Both the position numbers and the translations under genes were made by a program. The notes under the pieces are model-generated. The model ran no database searches and had not been told where the DNA came from. It saw only the letters and a program-made list of their open reading frames with translations. From Dicyema japonicum (Eukaryota > Animalia > Dicyemida), in assembly GCA_011109175.1 (NCBI GenBank), contig RDEW01000068.1:101621-165620 (forward strand): a DNA stretch of 64,000 bases, written 5' to 3'. The first letter of the stretch is position 1, and each line of letters opens with the position of its first letter. Shown here in pieces: positions 38,761-49,989 of this stretch.

Positions 38761-39599
38761 TTACGTTTATATTAGTTACGTCTCAACGAAACTTCGACAG
38801 TTTTAATTCCGCGTAAACTTGTCATTCTTTATCGATTTTAGTGACTGAATTTGACACTAAGGTGACCCCGTCAAGGGAAATTGAGTGAGACTACACTGTT
38901 AATGTGCGGATAGATAATTGAATTTATTCCAAAAAATCAGTTAAAGGCTATAAGCAGTCAACTTTATTGGTTGAGGCTGTGAAGCCCATCTCCATGGTCC
39001 CTAATTCACGCTTGGGGGATGTTAACGGGTTAATTAATATAACCCTCAATGGCAGAAGCCTAAAAGACTGAAGAGGCACCACGTCACTATTTGGAAAAAT
39101 GCAGAGGATCAATCTGATGCTATCAATACAAGTCAAAGAAGGAATCGATGAGTATCATGTAGACTACAGATTAATCCTACTTGAACGGAAATGTATGGAA
39201 GGGGAATAGGATTTCCCCAGTACAGTCTTGGCAGCTTCTGCTACGCCTTTAACTTATTTCTCTTAACATTTTGTTCCAACATTATGCAGCCACAAAAAAC
39301 TGGCTGCAGACATATGACTGACATATGAACTTTGATAAAGATTTCCAATCAGATTGATTTTCTGTCGCATCTCTTTTGTGCGACTCGAGGTTTTACGGTG
39401 AACTGACAGTGACCACAAAATTCCCTCTACAGGATACGCTCTGTATTAGCGCAAAGGAGTAGAGGGAATTCCGTGGCACTGGGGAAATGTTATCATACGG
39501 AACACATGTACTCCTTAGCAACACTACGGATTAAGTATCGTCTTGGTCCGAATGGATTAGAAAAACGGGGATTTCTTTCCAGTCAAGACATGGCTTGAA

Positions 39600-41700
39600 A
39601 CTGCGAACGGAATCCTGTCCGCTGATAACAAACATATTCCTGAATCTGAAAATGTTTCACTTGTTTTTCAACTCCTGTAAATCATAATTCAAGAAATAAC
39701 GGAGGAAGCCTGATCCAACATGATCAGGGGACAACCCGACCCCAATGAGCTTTTGTAGGATCAAGGGATTTGATTTACTTTCCAAGAACAACTGGAAAGC
39801 CTGTACTCTCTCTGTTCACTGTTAAGGAATGAAAGTGCGAGTTTATTTCTGAGGAAGCCTATATACTTGTCCATAAAATCTCACGGAGGAGGTTCCCAGA
39901 ACAATGAAGAAGCTCACAGATGGACACTCTCAGATATTAGCTCGGAGTTACTAAAACATGGAACATTCAAAAACAAGCAGTACTGTTGAAGTATTTATTT
40001 GAGAATCCCGAGATCACCAAGAAAGGTGTTAAAACACTAATAAGTGATCCCAACCTCCATTAATTCCCGGATCATCCTTTAATGGTCTTCCGATTGTCCC
40101 AACTGTAGAACGGTATAGCCTCCGCGAATGGCTACAAAGGAACTCGATCCGGGTGTCCTCTTTTAGGACGGGTCGATGTTCCTCTGCTCAAGTAATTGCC
40201 AATGGGTTTCCTGATTCTCTGCAGAAACACATAAATCCGAGGCCATGGTTCCTCGTGGACTGGAAAAAGACTTGTCACAGGGAAAATAAGTAACATTTTT
40301 TAATCAAATGGACTACATCATGTGCCGATCAGAAAAGAAATGGCTTCTGGGGTTTTGAGATGCTATGGATGAGTGGAGAGTGACAGTGACTATAAGATAA
40401 TCTCCGCTCGTTTTCTTATAAAAAATCCACAGCGAGACCCCAGAAGATAGATGACTGAACAACTATGCGCATCTGAACAGAAGAGAGAAAACTATCAAAT
40501 TTCTATTGAGAAAATTATCGGAGGGATTTGGAATGTCATTAAAATGGAATTTTCTTTAAGGCTGATAAGATGACCCAGAGTCTAGGACTACAAAAACAAA
40601 ACTTTCTCTGATATACTTACAAAAGTTTGATAAGGTAACAAAATGAGCTAAGACTACTAGAAAATACCTTGGATCTGGAGAGTGCCCGATTAATGAGGTC
40701 AAATGAACGCTTATTAGAATAGAATAAAGACACTTAATATAAGATACAAGAATACAAAATGATCAGAGATCAAGTGGACGACTATCTTTATCAAGTCATC
40801 GCGGATTCAGATCTTGGAGATCAACGACGGATATAGTTTGGAGCCACAAATTACACTGAGCTGTAAACTAAAAATACCAAAACGCAACTACAATCATTGG
40901 CACATGCTTACCGAGGACTTTCGAAACAGTTTGTCGAGGTCTACTACAATGGAAGGATTTCTGGATTTTAACTCAGCGGAAATGATGAGTCCTTTTATTC
41001 AGCACGAAGCTGAGAGTTCGAATTGCCAAAACTGCATATAATGTTGCGTTTGGCATTAACGACTCAGGACACTCCTCAAGGGGACTTACTCTCTCTTTTG
41101 TTATTTGTCACACTTGGAGAAGATGCTATGGGACCATCGCAAATTTAATGGTGATATAGCCGAATCCACTTATGCTGAAGACATCGACTTAATATCAGGG
41201 GATAGATAAGCTCTTCTTCGGATATTGGAAGTGACTCCTAATGAACTTTATAAATGGTTAATAACAATGAATGTTCTCAAAACATAAGTAGTGAATATAG
41301 AAGGATGGAAAGAAGATCAGATGATCCATGGAGGAATACCAATAAGCTTGGGTCCTTACTTGGAGACAATGAGTACACTGTTAAAAGAAATACCTTTGCT
41401 ACAGCTGCACATAACAAAGTCAAAAGGAACTGGACTGACAACAGATGATCAAGTATATCATTCTGATCATATAACGCTTAAATCAGTTTATTGTACAATT
41501 CCTCAACGTGGGCAGCGAGAAAGCCTGGAGAGCTCGAATAGACTCGATTCATCGAAGGCAGCTCAGAGCATTGTTCGGACTGAATTGACCAAAGAAAATA
41601 GACAAAAAGGCTTGTTTGCTGAAAGATCCTTTGAGTCTTGAGATCAGTTATTTGGCTCTTCGGGCATATATTGTGATTGGAGATGAATACCCCGCTAGAA
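39600..41700 (+). mobile_element. Long, heavily degraded RTE-like LINE region (includes a minus-strand GIT* end near 40035)
   Basis: PQGDLLSLLLF, LLYNSSTWA, RLDSIHRRQLR. Confidence 0.55.
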
Positions 41701-42294
41701 TAGTGATGGAGGAATACTTCGTTGAGACTGGGCTACGTTTCTGTGGACTCCCACTTCCTGAGATACTTGATGCTGATCTCAAGTACGTAAAATAATATGT
41801 GAGAACATTTGGACGACATAAGAGAGGTTTCGCACGACGGTGAAACCGCTTTGTTAGTTTGATGGTTTCTAGCATCCCCTTTGCTTCCGTCCGTAGTCAG
41901 GATTTAGTAAACTCTTTACTATTGCATTGTCGGTTCACAAGAGGACTCACACGAGTGCTTCGGGGACATGCCTTCAAGGGTTCTTTCGATGACTGGTGGT
42001 TGTACGCGTAAATATTTCTATCCACTTCCAACTGTCTCAAGTACCTCTGGAATTTAGTAACAAAACAATCTCATGTCATTAAGGGATAACTTTGCACAGA
42101 TGTATTCGTCTGAGAAAAGAACCTACTTCACTTTACTCCCCACCTTCATTGTTCACAAAATCTCTCGGTAAGTAATGCCCACCACCCTGAAAATTTGTCA
42201 TAAAGCACATTATCTGGTTTAATGTACTGTACAGAAACTGAGATTTTGATTACTGTGTCCACCTTCATCAACACTTTTGTATTCTCAGATCACT

Positions 42295-42472
42295 AGGATC
42301 ATTTGCTCTCCCCAACTACACTGGAAGGTTTCCACAACTGCAAGTATGGACGTCTTTTATCTTTATGTTGATTCCGGATGGACTCTGTTTCTGTAGAAGT
42401 GAAATCTGGATACACAGTTAATTAGTAGTTTACTTTAACTTCTTTCTCGGTGTATCCGGGGTTAATTAATAA
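42295..42472 (+). mobile_element. 5'-truncated SINE A copy
   Basis: AGGATCATTTGCTCTCCCC...TTTCTCGGTGTATCCGGGGTTAATTAATAAA. Confidence 0.8.
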
Positions 42473-42599
42473 ATCGTGAATGTTCCATTGTTTTGATTTT
42501 CTTTAGACATTTACCAATTAAAAATATTTTAATAATAAATTATTATTAATAATTTATAAAAATCAACATAAATAAATTATTATTTAAAATAACTCACGT

Positions 42600-44154
42600 A
42601 TGGATGTGTTGAATTGTCTTATCAAGTCAGATGATGACCAATTTCTCAGTAACTTCAGAAATATGTTTTCAAGCAAAAAAAATGGAAATCAACTAGAAAC
42701 CATTCCTCCCAAACAAATGTTGGAATTGTTTATAACCATCTGTAAGCGTATTTGTCAGCTCGACGAAGACGATAAAAAGTAGAGACTAGTCTTATTTCAA
42801 GATACTGTGATAGTTTGCTGGAGGAAGTAGACATTTTTAATGATTATGAAATCCGTGGGTCAGAGGAGTTGCTTTTGACAGGGCTGGAGTTACCCTTAAG
42901 GTCCTGCAAGAAAATCTGCATATATTTGGTACTTAGCTTTCTAATGGCAGACTAAGAACATCAATGAGGACGTTGAGGATTATTTTGAGATTCTGAGGAT
43001 ACTTTTCTTGTATTTGGCTGATGACGAGCTGTCCATGCACACACAATCAATTTTAATGTCCATTTTCAGTTGATTTTAATATTTAAGCTTAGAAAACAAG
43101 CCAAAGTTCCTCACAAAGGTTCTATCAAAGATAGAAAGGTCCATAATGATTACATTTGAAGCTGATCCTGCCATCAGGATGCCAATTTATGAGGTATAGT
43201 GTCTTTAATAAGCAGCTCATACTCCAATGTTCGTATGAAGACTCTTCATTGATCGATGATTTGTCCGGATTCCTCAGTTTTATGGCCAAAGACTGTCTTA
43301 AGAACGATTATCTTATGCAGCAGGCGACGATTCTACTTCTGCTTGGATTCGCTGAGAACTCAAAACAGGCAGGGAGACTGATTTCACTCCTCAAACCTTT
43401 GACACGTGCGTTTGAACTACTTTCTTCTGCCGAAATGGACTCTATGGCACAAAGGGGCTATATTCAGTTGTGTTCGGTTGTACTCGTGGCTGGTCAGGAT
43501 GTTTTGGAGAACTATTTGTCCAAATATGTGGAGGATGTCCTCACTATAATAAAAAAATCATCCACAAAACTCCTCTCTTTGACAGTAGTTGATTCATTTT
43601 CTCTGATTTTGAGAAATAATCGAATATTCAACGCATTATTGGAAGAACGTGAGTCTTTCCACCTAAAGAGACTGGCGGATATGTCTTATCTCTATCTTAA
43701 AACCCCCGATTCCCATTATCTGGTCGTCCGTGTTTTGGAGATGTGTCAGACTATCGCCAAGTTCAATGAGAATGCTGGACGGTTTTTTGAATTAATGAAT
43801 TCCAATGGAGATCTATGCTTACTTCTCTGCCACAAGTGTTCCTCTTTGGAGGACGATTCATCGCTTTCTGCAGTAAAGCTGATCAAATCGCTGATGACTG
43901 TGGGGGGTATGGCTGATTTGTTCTCCAAGAACATTAGTTTTCAGGAATATGTTGTGAGGGTGATGATTGGGAGGTCATTTGAGTGTAGGTGGTGGGTTTA
44001 TTTGGTAGATAATGAATGCAAGTATGAGATTATTCGATTACTGGTGGATGGGGGATACTCTGACTGTTTTGGAGACAGGAAACAACAGCTTGTTGACATT
44101 TACAATGGAGGTCCCCTCTATAATCCGCACAGATTTCAGACTGCTTTAGATTGA
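42600..44154 (+). CDS. PSMD5: 26S proteasome non-ATPase regulatory subunit 5-like (ARM-repeat protein)
   Basis: Leu-rich helical 332-aa terminal exon ending YNGGPLY (family GP(F/Y)Y terminus); upstream exons with short introns such as 42779-42801. Confidence 0.6.
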
Positions 44155-44479
44155 CTTGTATATTTGACCATTTTGATTCTAATTAAAAATCGGTTTTTAT
44201 GTTGACGATTTGATATTATGTTGGGCACGTGGTTTAATGTCCAATGCCATTACTGTTAAGCTAAAATGAAGGCTCCATACTAGCCAACTCCTCTCTATTT
44301 ATAATTTTTCCTCTGCGATCCGATTTTGTTTAGCAGGGTCAGTGATCTTTACTATGTAATTGCGCCCGGACGGGGGAACTCTCTTCTTTTATCAGGGAAA
44401 ATACTTGATTTGGGATGGGCCTTGCACCAATACTTTTTCCCAGTAAAGACTTGCTGGTTCCGCGCTGAAAGTGGGGAAG

Positions 44480-44770
44480 CTGCTCGGACTTTCGAGAATT
44501 TCAAGATAAAAAATACGACAGCATCTCCACCAGACCCGTTTCTTCGAGACAAGCGGAGTCTTTCTGCCCAAAAAGGTATCTTTTCTAAGATCGCTTGAGT
44601 CAATGATATCGAAAGTGAGTAATCTACGTCGGGAAACCGAATGGCTGTTCCAAAGGATTTCTCTGGCAGTTGTCAGGGAAACAGCCATTCCACCTATCAG
44701 CTGGATTATTTTGATTGTCTTTTACGTAATAAATTGTTTTTGTTTTCTTTACTATATTATTAATAAAAAT
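44480..44770 (+). mobile_element. CRE 3' end
   Basis: RETEWLFQRISLAVVR. Confidence 0.65.
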
Positions 44771-45067
44771 AAGGTCATACAGCGGCCTGATTGACCTATT
44801 TACCACAAAATTAAATTTCACTACAAGTTTCTCTCTCCGTTGAAACTTTACTTAAGAATGAAAACGAACTAACCCCAACCCTAGTCTGTAGCATCAAGGT
44901 CAAGCACTGTAACGTTTATTTTAGTGTAACGACTTTAATTTTACCATATTGGCTACTTATCGGGTATGAAAATTTATACAAATGGGTATAGTAAGTCTAG
45001 CTTTGGATGTGATCCCTAGAGGTTTCTAAAATAGTCACGTTGTTAGGTAATAACCATTAGTTAGTAT

Positions 45068-45538
45068 TTATTGTTCTTCTAACTCAATGAGCACTCCATG
45101 GCAGTCCTTTGGGTGAATGAACATTATTCGTTTCCCGTGAGCGCCGATTGTGGGAGTTGGGGAAAGTGTCCTAATGTTGTTTTCCCTTAACCTTTCGATC
45201 AATTCATCCAAGGCGGGCACCTTTGTTGAATAAACAGACTACTTCTAGACATATGTGGTGGATTCCTTCGTTCTGCTTCTTCAAAAATTTCAAAATTGGA
45301 CTTTTCTCCCCAAAGGGAGCGATAAACTAAGAATAATCAATTGACTAACTTCAATTTTGGTGTTATTCAGGTTCATAAAAGAAACCGTCACTCCTTGAGA
45401 AGGCAGTGACTAAGAATTACCACTAACCTACTTCTGGATTTGAAGGTTTTAGGTTCAAGATGTCCTTAAAACTCTCCCAATATTTTGAATGGCCGGAATT
45501 GCCACAGCAATGTGATTTATTTTGGTTATTTGATACAT
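45068..45538 (-). CDS. MCEE: Methylmalonyl-CoA epimerase (absent from the ORF track)
   Basis: KINHIAVAIP, NTKIE, GIHHICLE, IGAHGKRIMFIHPKDCHGVLIELEEQ*; introns 45410-45431, 45327-45349, 45221-45242; one missing A in exon 1. Confidence 0.9.
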
Positions 45539-45654
45539 TTCCGTGATTATTTAAATTATTAATTTTAAATATTCATATTTTGATATTTATTAAAATATAA
45601 CTAAACTTTATTTAGCCAACAGAAAAAGTTAATATTTAATCCTCAAGCAGGTTT

Positions 45655-45910
45655 ACTTTAACAATGAGAACAAACCATCATTCAGAGGAAGACCTAGAGT
45701 CACTCTACCCGTGGCTCTGAACAAGGATCTTAATGGGATTAGAAGAAATCTTAAATCTGCAGAAGACCTAGAAGATCTAAGGACAGATGCGCAAAGCAGA
45801 GGGCGATGGAGACGCCTAGTGAAGCAGATTGTGACACGTGTGGTACAAACGGGACCTTAGTTAATATAACGTTCTTTGGTTATGTGAAAGTGCTTTTTAA
45901 TAATAATAAT
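45655..45910 (+). mobile_element. RTE-like LINE 3' end with tail
   Basis: Near-identical to 13130-13290; ends (TAA)n. Confidence 0.8.
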
Positions 45911-46199
45911 AACCATGTCAGCAAACTGATTAATTCCCAATTCATAGAAAATATTTCCTTGTTTTGCGAGTTCTAACCATAATATGATTTGTCTAAAGTA
46001 AAAATTAATTTAACTGTATTTTTCTATAAAATTATTCCATTTGATATCATAGTGGAGTCAACTTCGCCAAGTAAGGATCGTTCGTATGAAATCCGTTTAA
46101 TAACGAGAATAAGCAAATATTCAACTTAAACTGAGTGATTTATACACATGCATTTCCGAGAGAACACCTTGGACTTATTGCGATTGATGCAATCACAGT

Positions 46200-46850
46200 A
46201 ATTTTCAAGTATTCAATTAACATGAATACAATTCCAACTATCTGTAATCCTTAAGCCTGGGAAGCTTAAGGACAATCCTGCATCATTTCAATCAATCTCT
46301 TAACTATGCACCTCATCAAAATTATTGGAAAAATTGATTCTTAATTTTATAACCCCGTCCCTTCCTTTTTCGTCCTCATAACATGGATTCAGAAGGGGTC
46401 ATTCAACTTCTACTCACCTAGCTTCCTTCAACCAATTTATCATTGAAGGCTTTAGCACAAATCCTTGTAACCTCAAAATAGTCGTTTGCTCTATCGATTT
46501 ACAAAAGGCCTTCGATTCTGTCTCAAGAAAATCCTAACCCGGAAATTGTTTGCCCTCCCCGTCAACCCCAATATAAAACTTTGGCTTGTTAACTTCATAA
46601 ATGGAAGAAGGGCCCGGATATACATGGATGGGACCAAATCAGTTTCAAGATTACTACCCAATGGTGTCCCACAAGGTTTCCCTTCATCACCCGCCTTATT
46701 TAACTTATACATGTCCGATTTACCATAACCCGATAATAAAGACGATTTTCTCTTATCATATGCTGATGACCTATTAATCGGATCCCTCGATCAAGATATC
46801 CCAAAGGCATCAGAAAGACTATAAGAATACTTTCACAAGATTCAAATTTG
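46200..46850 (+). mobile_element. LINE RT remnant
   Basis: HGFRRGHST, IDLQKAFDSV, LPNGVPQG, SYADDL. Confidence 0.8.
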
Positions 46851-46875
46851 GCTAAATTAATTTGGCTAAATTTTG

Positions 46876-47110
46876 TCGGGCAAAAGTGGCTTAGGTTCGG
46901 GTTCGATTCTTGCTGCTGTTCACCTGGTGGAAAGTTCCACGCATCTACGATGCGAAAAGGCTTGACAAGTGACGCCGTCATCAGTAGAGATTCACTGCGG
47001 AACTGGATAGTCAAAAGAACACACACCCAAGAAAAAGAAAAAACAAAGAAGTGAAGAGCATTCCTTGGTTCTACGATTAGTTACAATAACTGTTCGTTAC
47101 TTAAATAAAG
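46876..47110 (+). mobile_element. SINE family C copy inserted in the LINE remnant
   Basis: B-box GGTTCGATTC; body matches 36970-37160. Confidence 0.65.
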
Positions 47111-47279
47111 TGTGTGTTCTGCACGAGCTAAACCCTAGGCATCTTACGTGCTTATGGCAACGTGGTAGTGCTTACTCAAATATAACCGGCTTGATATATC
47201 TACTAAAAAATCTTCGTCCTTATTTACCTCAGACAAACGACTTGGACAAATGACAGTGATATATTTATCAACCAGACAA

Positions 47280-47830
47280 AAATACCTTTCACGAAAAAAC
47301 TTAAAATCTTGGGATCACTTTCGACACACACATATTCTTTTCACCTCACGTCGACGGCGTCTCTGGAAGCTGTTCAAAAAAGCTAGGGATAATCAAAACT
47401 ATTTTCGGTGGCATTAAAACCTTTTTCCCAGCTTCGAAATTGTTGTACAAACGATTCGTTGAGCCATCTATCAGCTATGTTTGTACGTCATGGGGAATCA
47501 ATTTGTCCTGGACGAACAAACAAGTAATCCGCGACATTCAGGCTTTAACAGCCTCTACTATTAGTAATCCCGGGAAACTAGAAAAACTAATCTTCTCATC
47601 ACTTGAAGACCTTATCCTACAAAATATAAGGGATTTGCTACCCTGTGCAGACAGTGCAACTCTCAACAACACACAGCAACGACGTGTCTTATGAGAAGGA
47701 TATACATCACCCTTCTTTAATTCCTATTCCTCAAACCACCTTGCCCACAGAAAATTTGTGTTGGATCCCAGAAGGCGCACGAAGAGAAAATGAGAAATCT
47801 GATTGAGGCCTTCGAAATCACTTAATTATT
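47280..47830 (+). mobile_element. LINE C-terminal remnant ending in the GIT*-type motif
   Basis: ILGITFD, LYKRFVEPSISY, VGSQKAHEEKMRNLIEAFEIT*. Confidence 0.75.
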
Positions 47831-47840
47831 TATTATTATG

Positions 47841-48123
47841 TATTAACCCCGGATACGCCGAGAAAGAAGTTGAAGTAAACAACTAATTAAGTGTATCCAG
47901 TTTCCACTTCTACAGAAACAGAGTCCATCCGGAATCAGAATAAAGGGTAAGACGTCCATTACATGCAGTTGTGGAAATCCCTCCAGTGGAGTGGGGGAGA
48001 GCAAATAATTCTTTTTCGTGCCGGCCTGGCACTGGGCGCCACTCTAATAGGAAGAGAGAGGAGGAACAGACATGCAAGCAGAAAACTTCAACCAATTAAC
48101 CACGCAGACCACATGGCGCCACC
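47841..48123 (-). mobile_element. SINE family A copy
   Basis: Matches 3255-3566 with an internal deletion. Confidence 0.85.
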
Positions 48124-48284
48124 ACACTTAATTAATTTAGCAATTAAATTAACTATTAGTGTTCTTGGGTTAATAATAATATAACTAACTCACTCGAAGA
48201 GAAATGGAGACACACAAAGAAACTTGACTCCTTATTAGGACACACAAAGAAACTTGCGCCCTTGTTCGGAGGACCACGAGGAAC

Positions 48285-48745
48285 ATGGACTTTTCCGTTT
48301 CTACCCTCTACCAACAAACAATCGCGCCTGCCATTGAGTATGCCTCCGTTGCATGGAGATTCGGGCTATCGGAGTCTATGGTCCAAAGAATCAATTCGAT
48401 ATACCGGAAAACAATCAGTATGATTTTCCCACGTAATGGACCAACAGTCGACCCACTACTCATGGAAGCTAAGATCCGTAGTCGTGGCTCCGGATTTCTT
48501 CGCGTCTGTGAGGAAGATGGAAATCCGCTTCGCCTGATCCTTCCCATGGCAGAGAAAACCGATTGGATAAGAAATTCCCCTCCCCAATCGGATTCCTCTG
48601 CAAGACCGAGAGAAGGCTCTTCCGGAAAGTAGTGGGGACGATTGAAGATCACAGACGTCGAATGGCACAATTGATTGCGAGGACTGGGATCACCTAACTG
48701 TTTGACTCTTTTGTCTTTCTTTCTCGGTGTTCCCGGGGTTAGTAA
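48285..48745 (+). mobile_element. LINE 3' part with complete GIT* end and 3' UTR
   Basis: LYQQTIAPAIEYASVAW...HRRRMAQLIARTGIT* then CTTTCTTTCTCGGTGTTCCCGGGGTTAGTAAAATAA. Confidence 0.8.
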
Positions 48746-48769
48746 AATAAAAAATAAAATAAATAAATT

Positions 48770-48980
48770 AGGAGATAGTGAAGATGTCATATGGAGAAAA
48801 ACCATGGCAAACGCGGCATTACACAGGCTGAAAAACCTATGGCTAAAACGGAAAGGGAATAACATAAAACAAAGGATAATGTTATACGACACCTTTATCA
48901 AACCAATCTTCCTATACAACTCTGGCACCTGGCGCACCTCAAAAGAGGAATTGGAGAGGCTACACTTGTTTTACAAAAAT
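48770..48980 (+). mobile_element. RTE-like fragment
   Basis: RIMLYDTFIKPIFLYNSGTW. Confidence 0.7.
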
Positions 48981-48983
48981 CTA

Positions 48984-49075
48984 AGAATGAAGTGATGTCC
49001 GCGACGGTAGGACGTCAACAAAAATGGAAGATTGCGGACTAATTATCCACCTCTCTTCGGAAGCGGAAGCCTGAA
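48984..49075 (+). repeat. Dispersed repeat family B, partial copy 3
   Basis: AAGAATGAAGTGATGTCCGCGACGGTAGGACG matches the 24510 region. Confidence 0.65.
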
Positions 49076-49080
49076 ATTTA

Positions 49081-49412
49081 TTTATTAACCCCGGATACAC
49101 CGAGAAAGAAGTTAAAGTGTATCCCAGATTCCACTTACAGTAACTATTAAGTGTATCCGGATTCCACTTTACAGAAACAGAGTTCATCCTGAATCAACAT
49201 AATGTGTAAAAGACGTCCATACTTGCAGTTGTGGAAACCCCTCCAGTTAAAATGGGAGAGAGCAAATGATCCTTTTTTCGTGCAGGCTGGCACTGGGCGC
49301 CACCTTGACAGGTGGATCACATGACGCCACTCTAATAGGAAGAGAAAAGGAACAGCCGAACAAACAAAAACTTCAACCAATTAGCACGAGGCAACCACGT
49401 GGTACCACGCGG
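49081..49412 (-). mobile_element. SINE family A copy with a short internal duplication
   Basis: AAGTGTATCC..ATTCCACTT appears twice in 49116-49170. Confidence 0.85.
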
Positions 49413-49989
49413 TTACATCACTATATCAAGCCTGCAATAGAATATTAGAAAGTTGACTTTGTAGACACGTTCTCCATTGGGTTCCTTTCTTGGTGTGATA
49501 ATTATTATTTGCCACGGGTTAACAAGGCTTGCATGAGAACACTATGAACCAATGAAAGTGTGAAACTAGTAACAGATTTTTCCATAGGTCCTCCAGACGC
49601 GGAGGCTCTAGATAGAAAAAAGACCCATTACTGACGACTAAATGTGCCGTTATCTCTTAAACAAAGTAGCATTTCTTACAAATAGTGTTTTTATTAAGTA
49701 ACTTAAACCTCAAGGAAGAATAGAAGCTGTAGCTTATGCTGACGATTTTGACTATATCTCGGAAGACAAGGAATCCGTCACGATGTCGTTCCGAGGGCGT
49801 TCCAGAATATCGAACAGAACTGTGTACGGAAGGATGAAGTGTTTTTCAGTTAGTTGCTACCTTCTAGAACTTTTTTTTGAAAATAATTGCTCAGAAAATT
49901 ACTCTTTCTTTGGTTCATTCATCAAGTTTTTTCAGAGTAGTTTGCAATTTGTTCATAAAATAAATAATATGGACAAATAATAACCAAAC

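Noticed and set aside
48308-48937. 209-aa minus-strand ORF and other antisense ORFs over TEs (49922, 50582, 52143, 52583)
   Set aside because: Shadows of plus-strand LINE or R4-like coding sequence with no recognisable motifs
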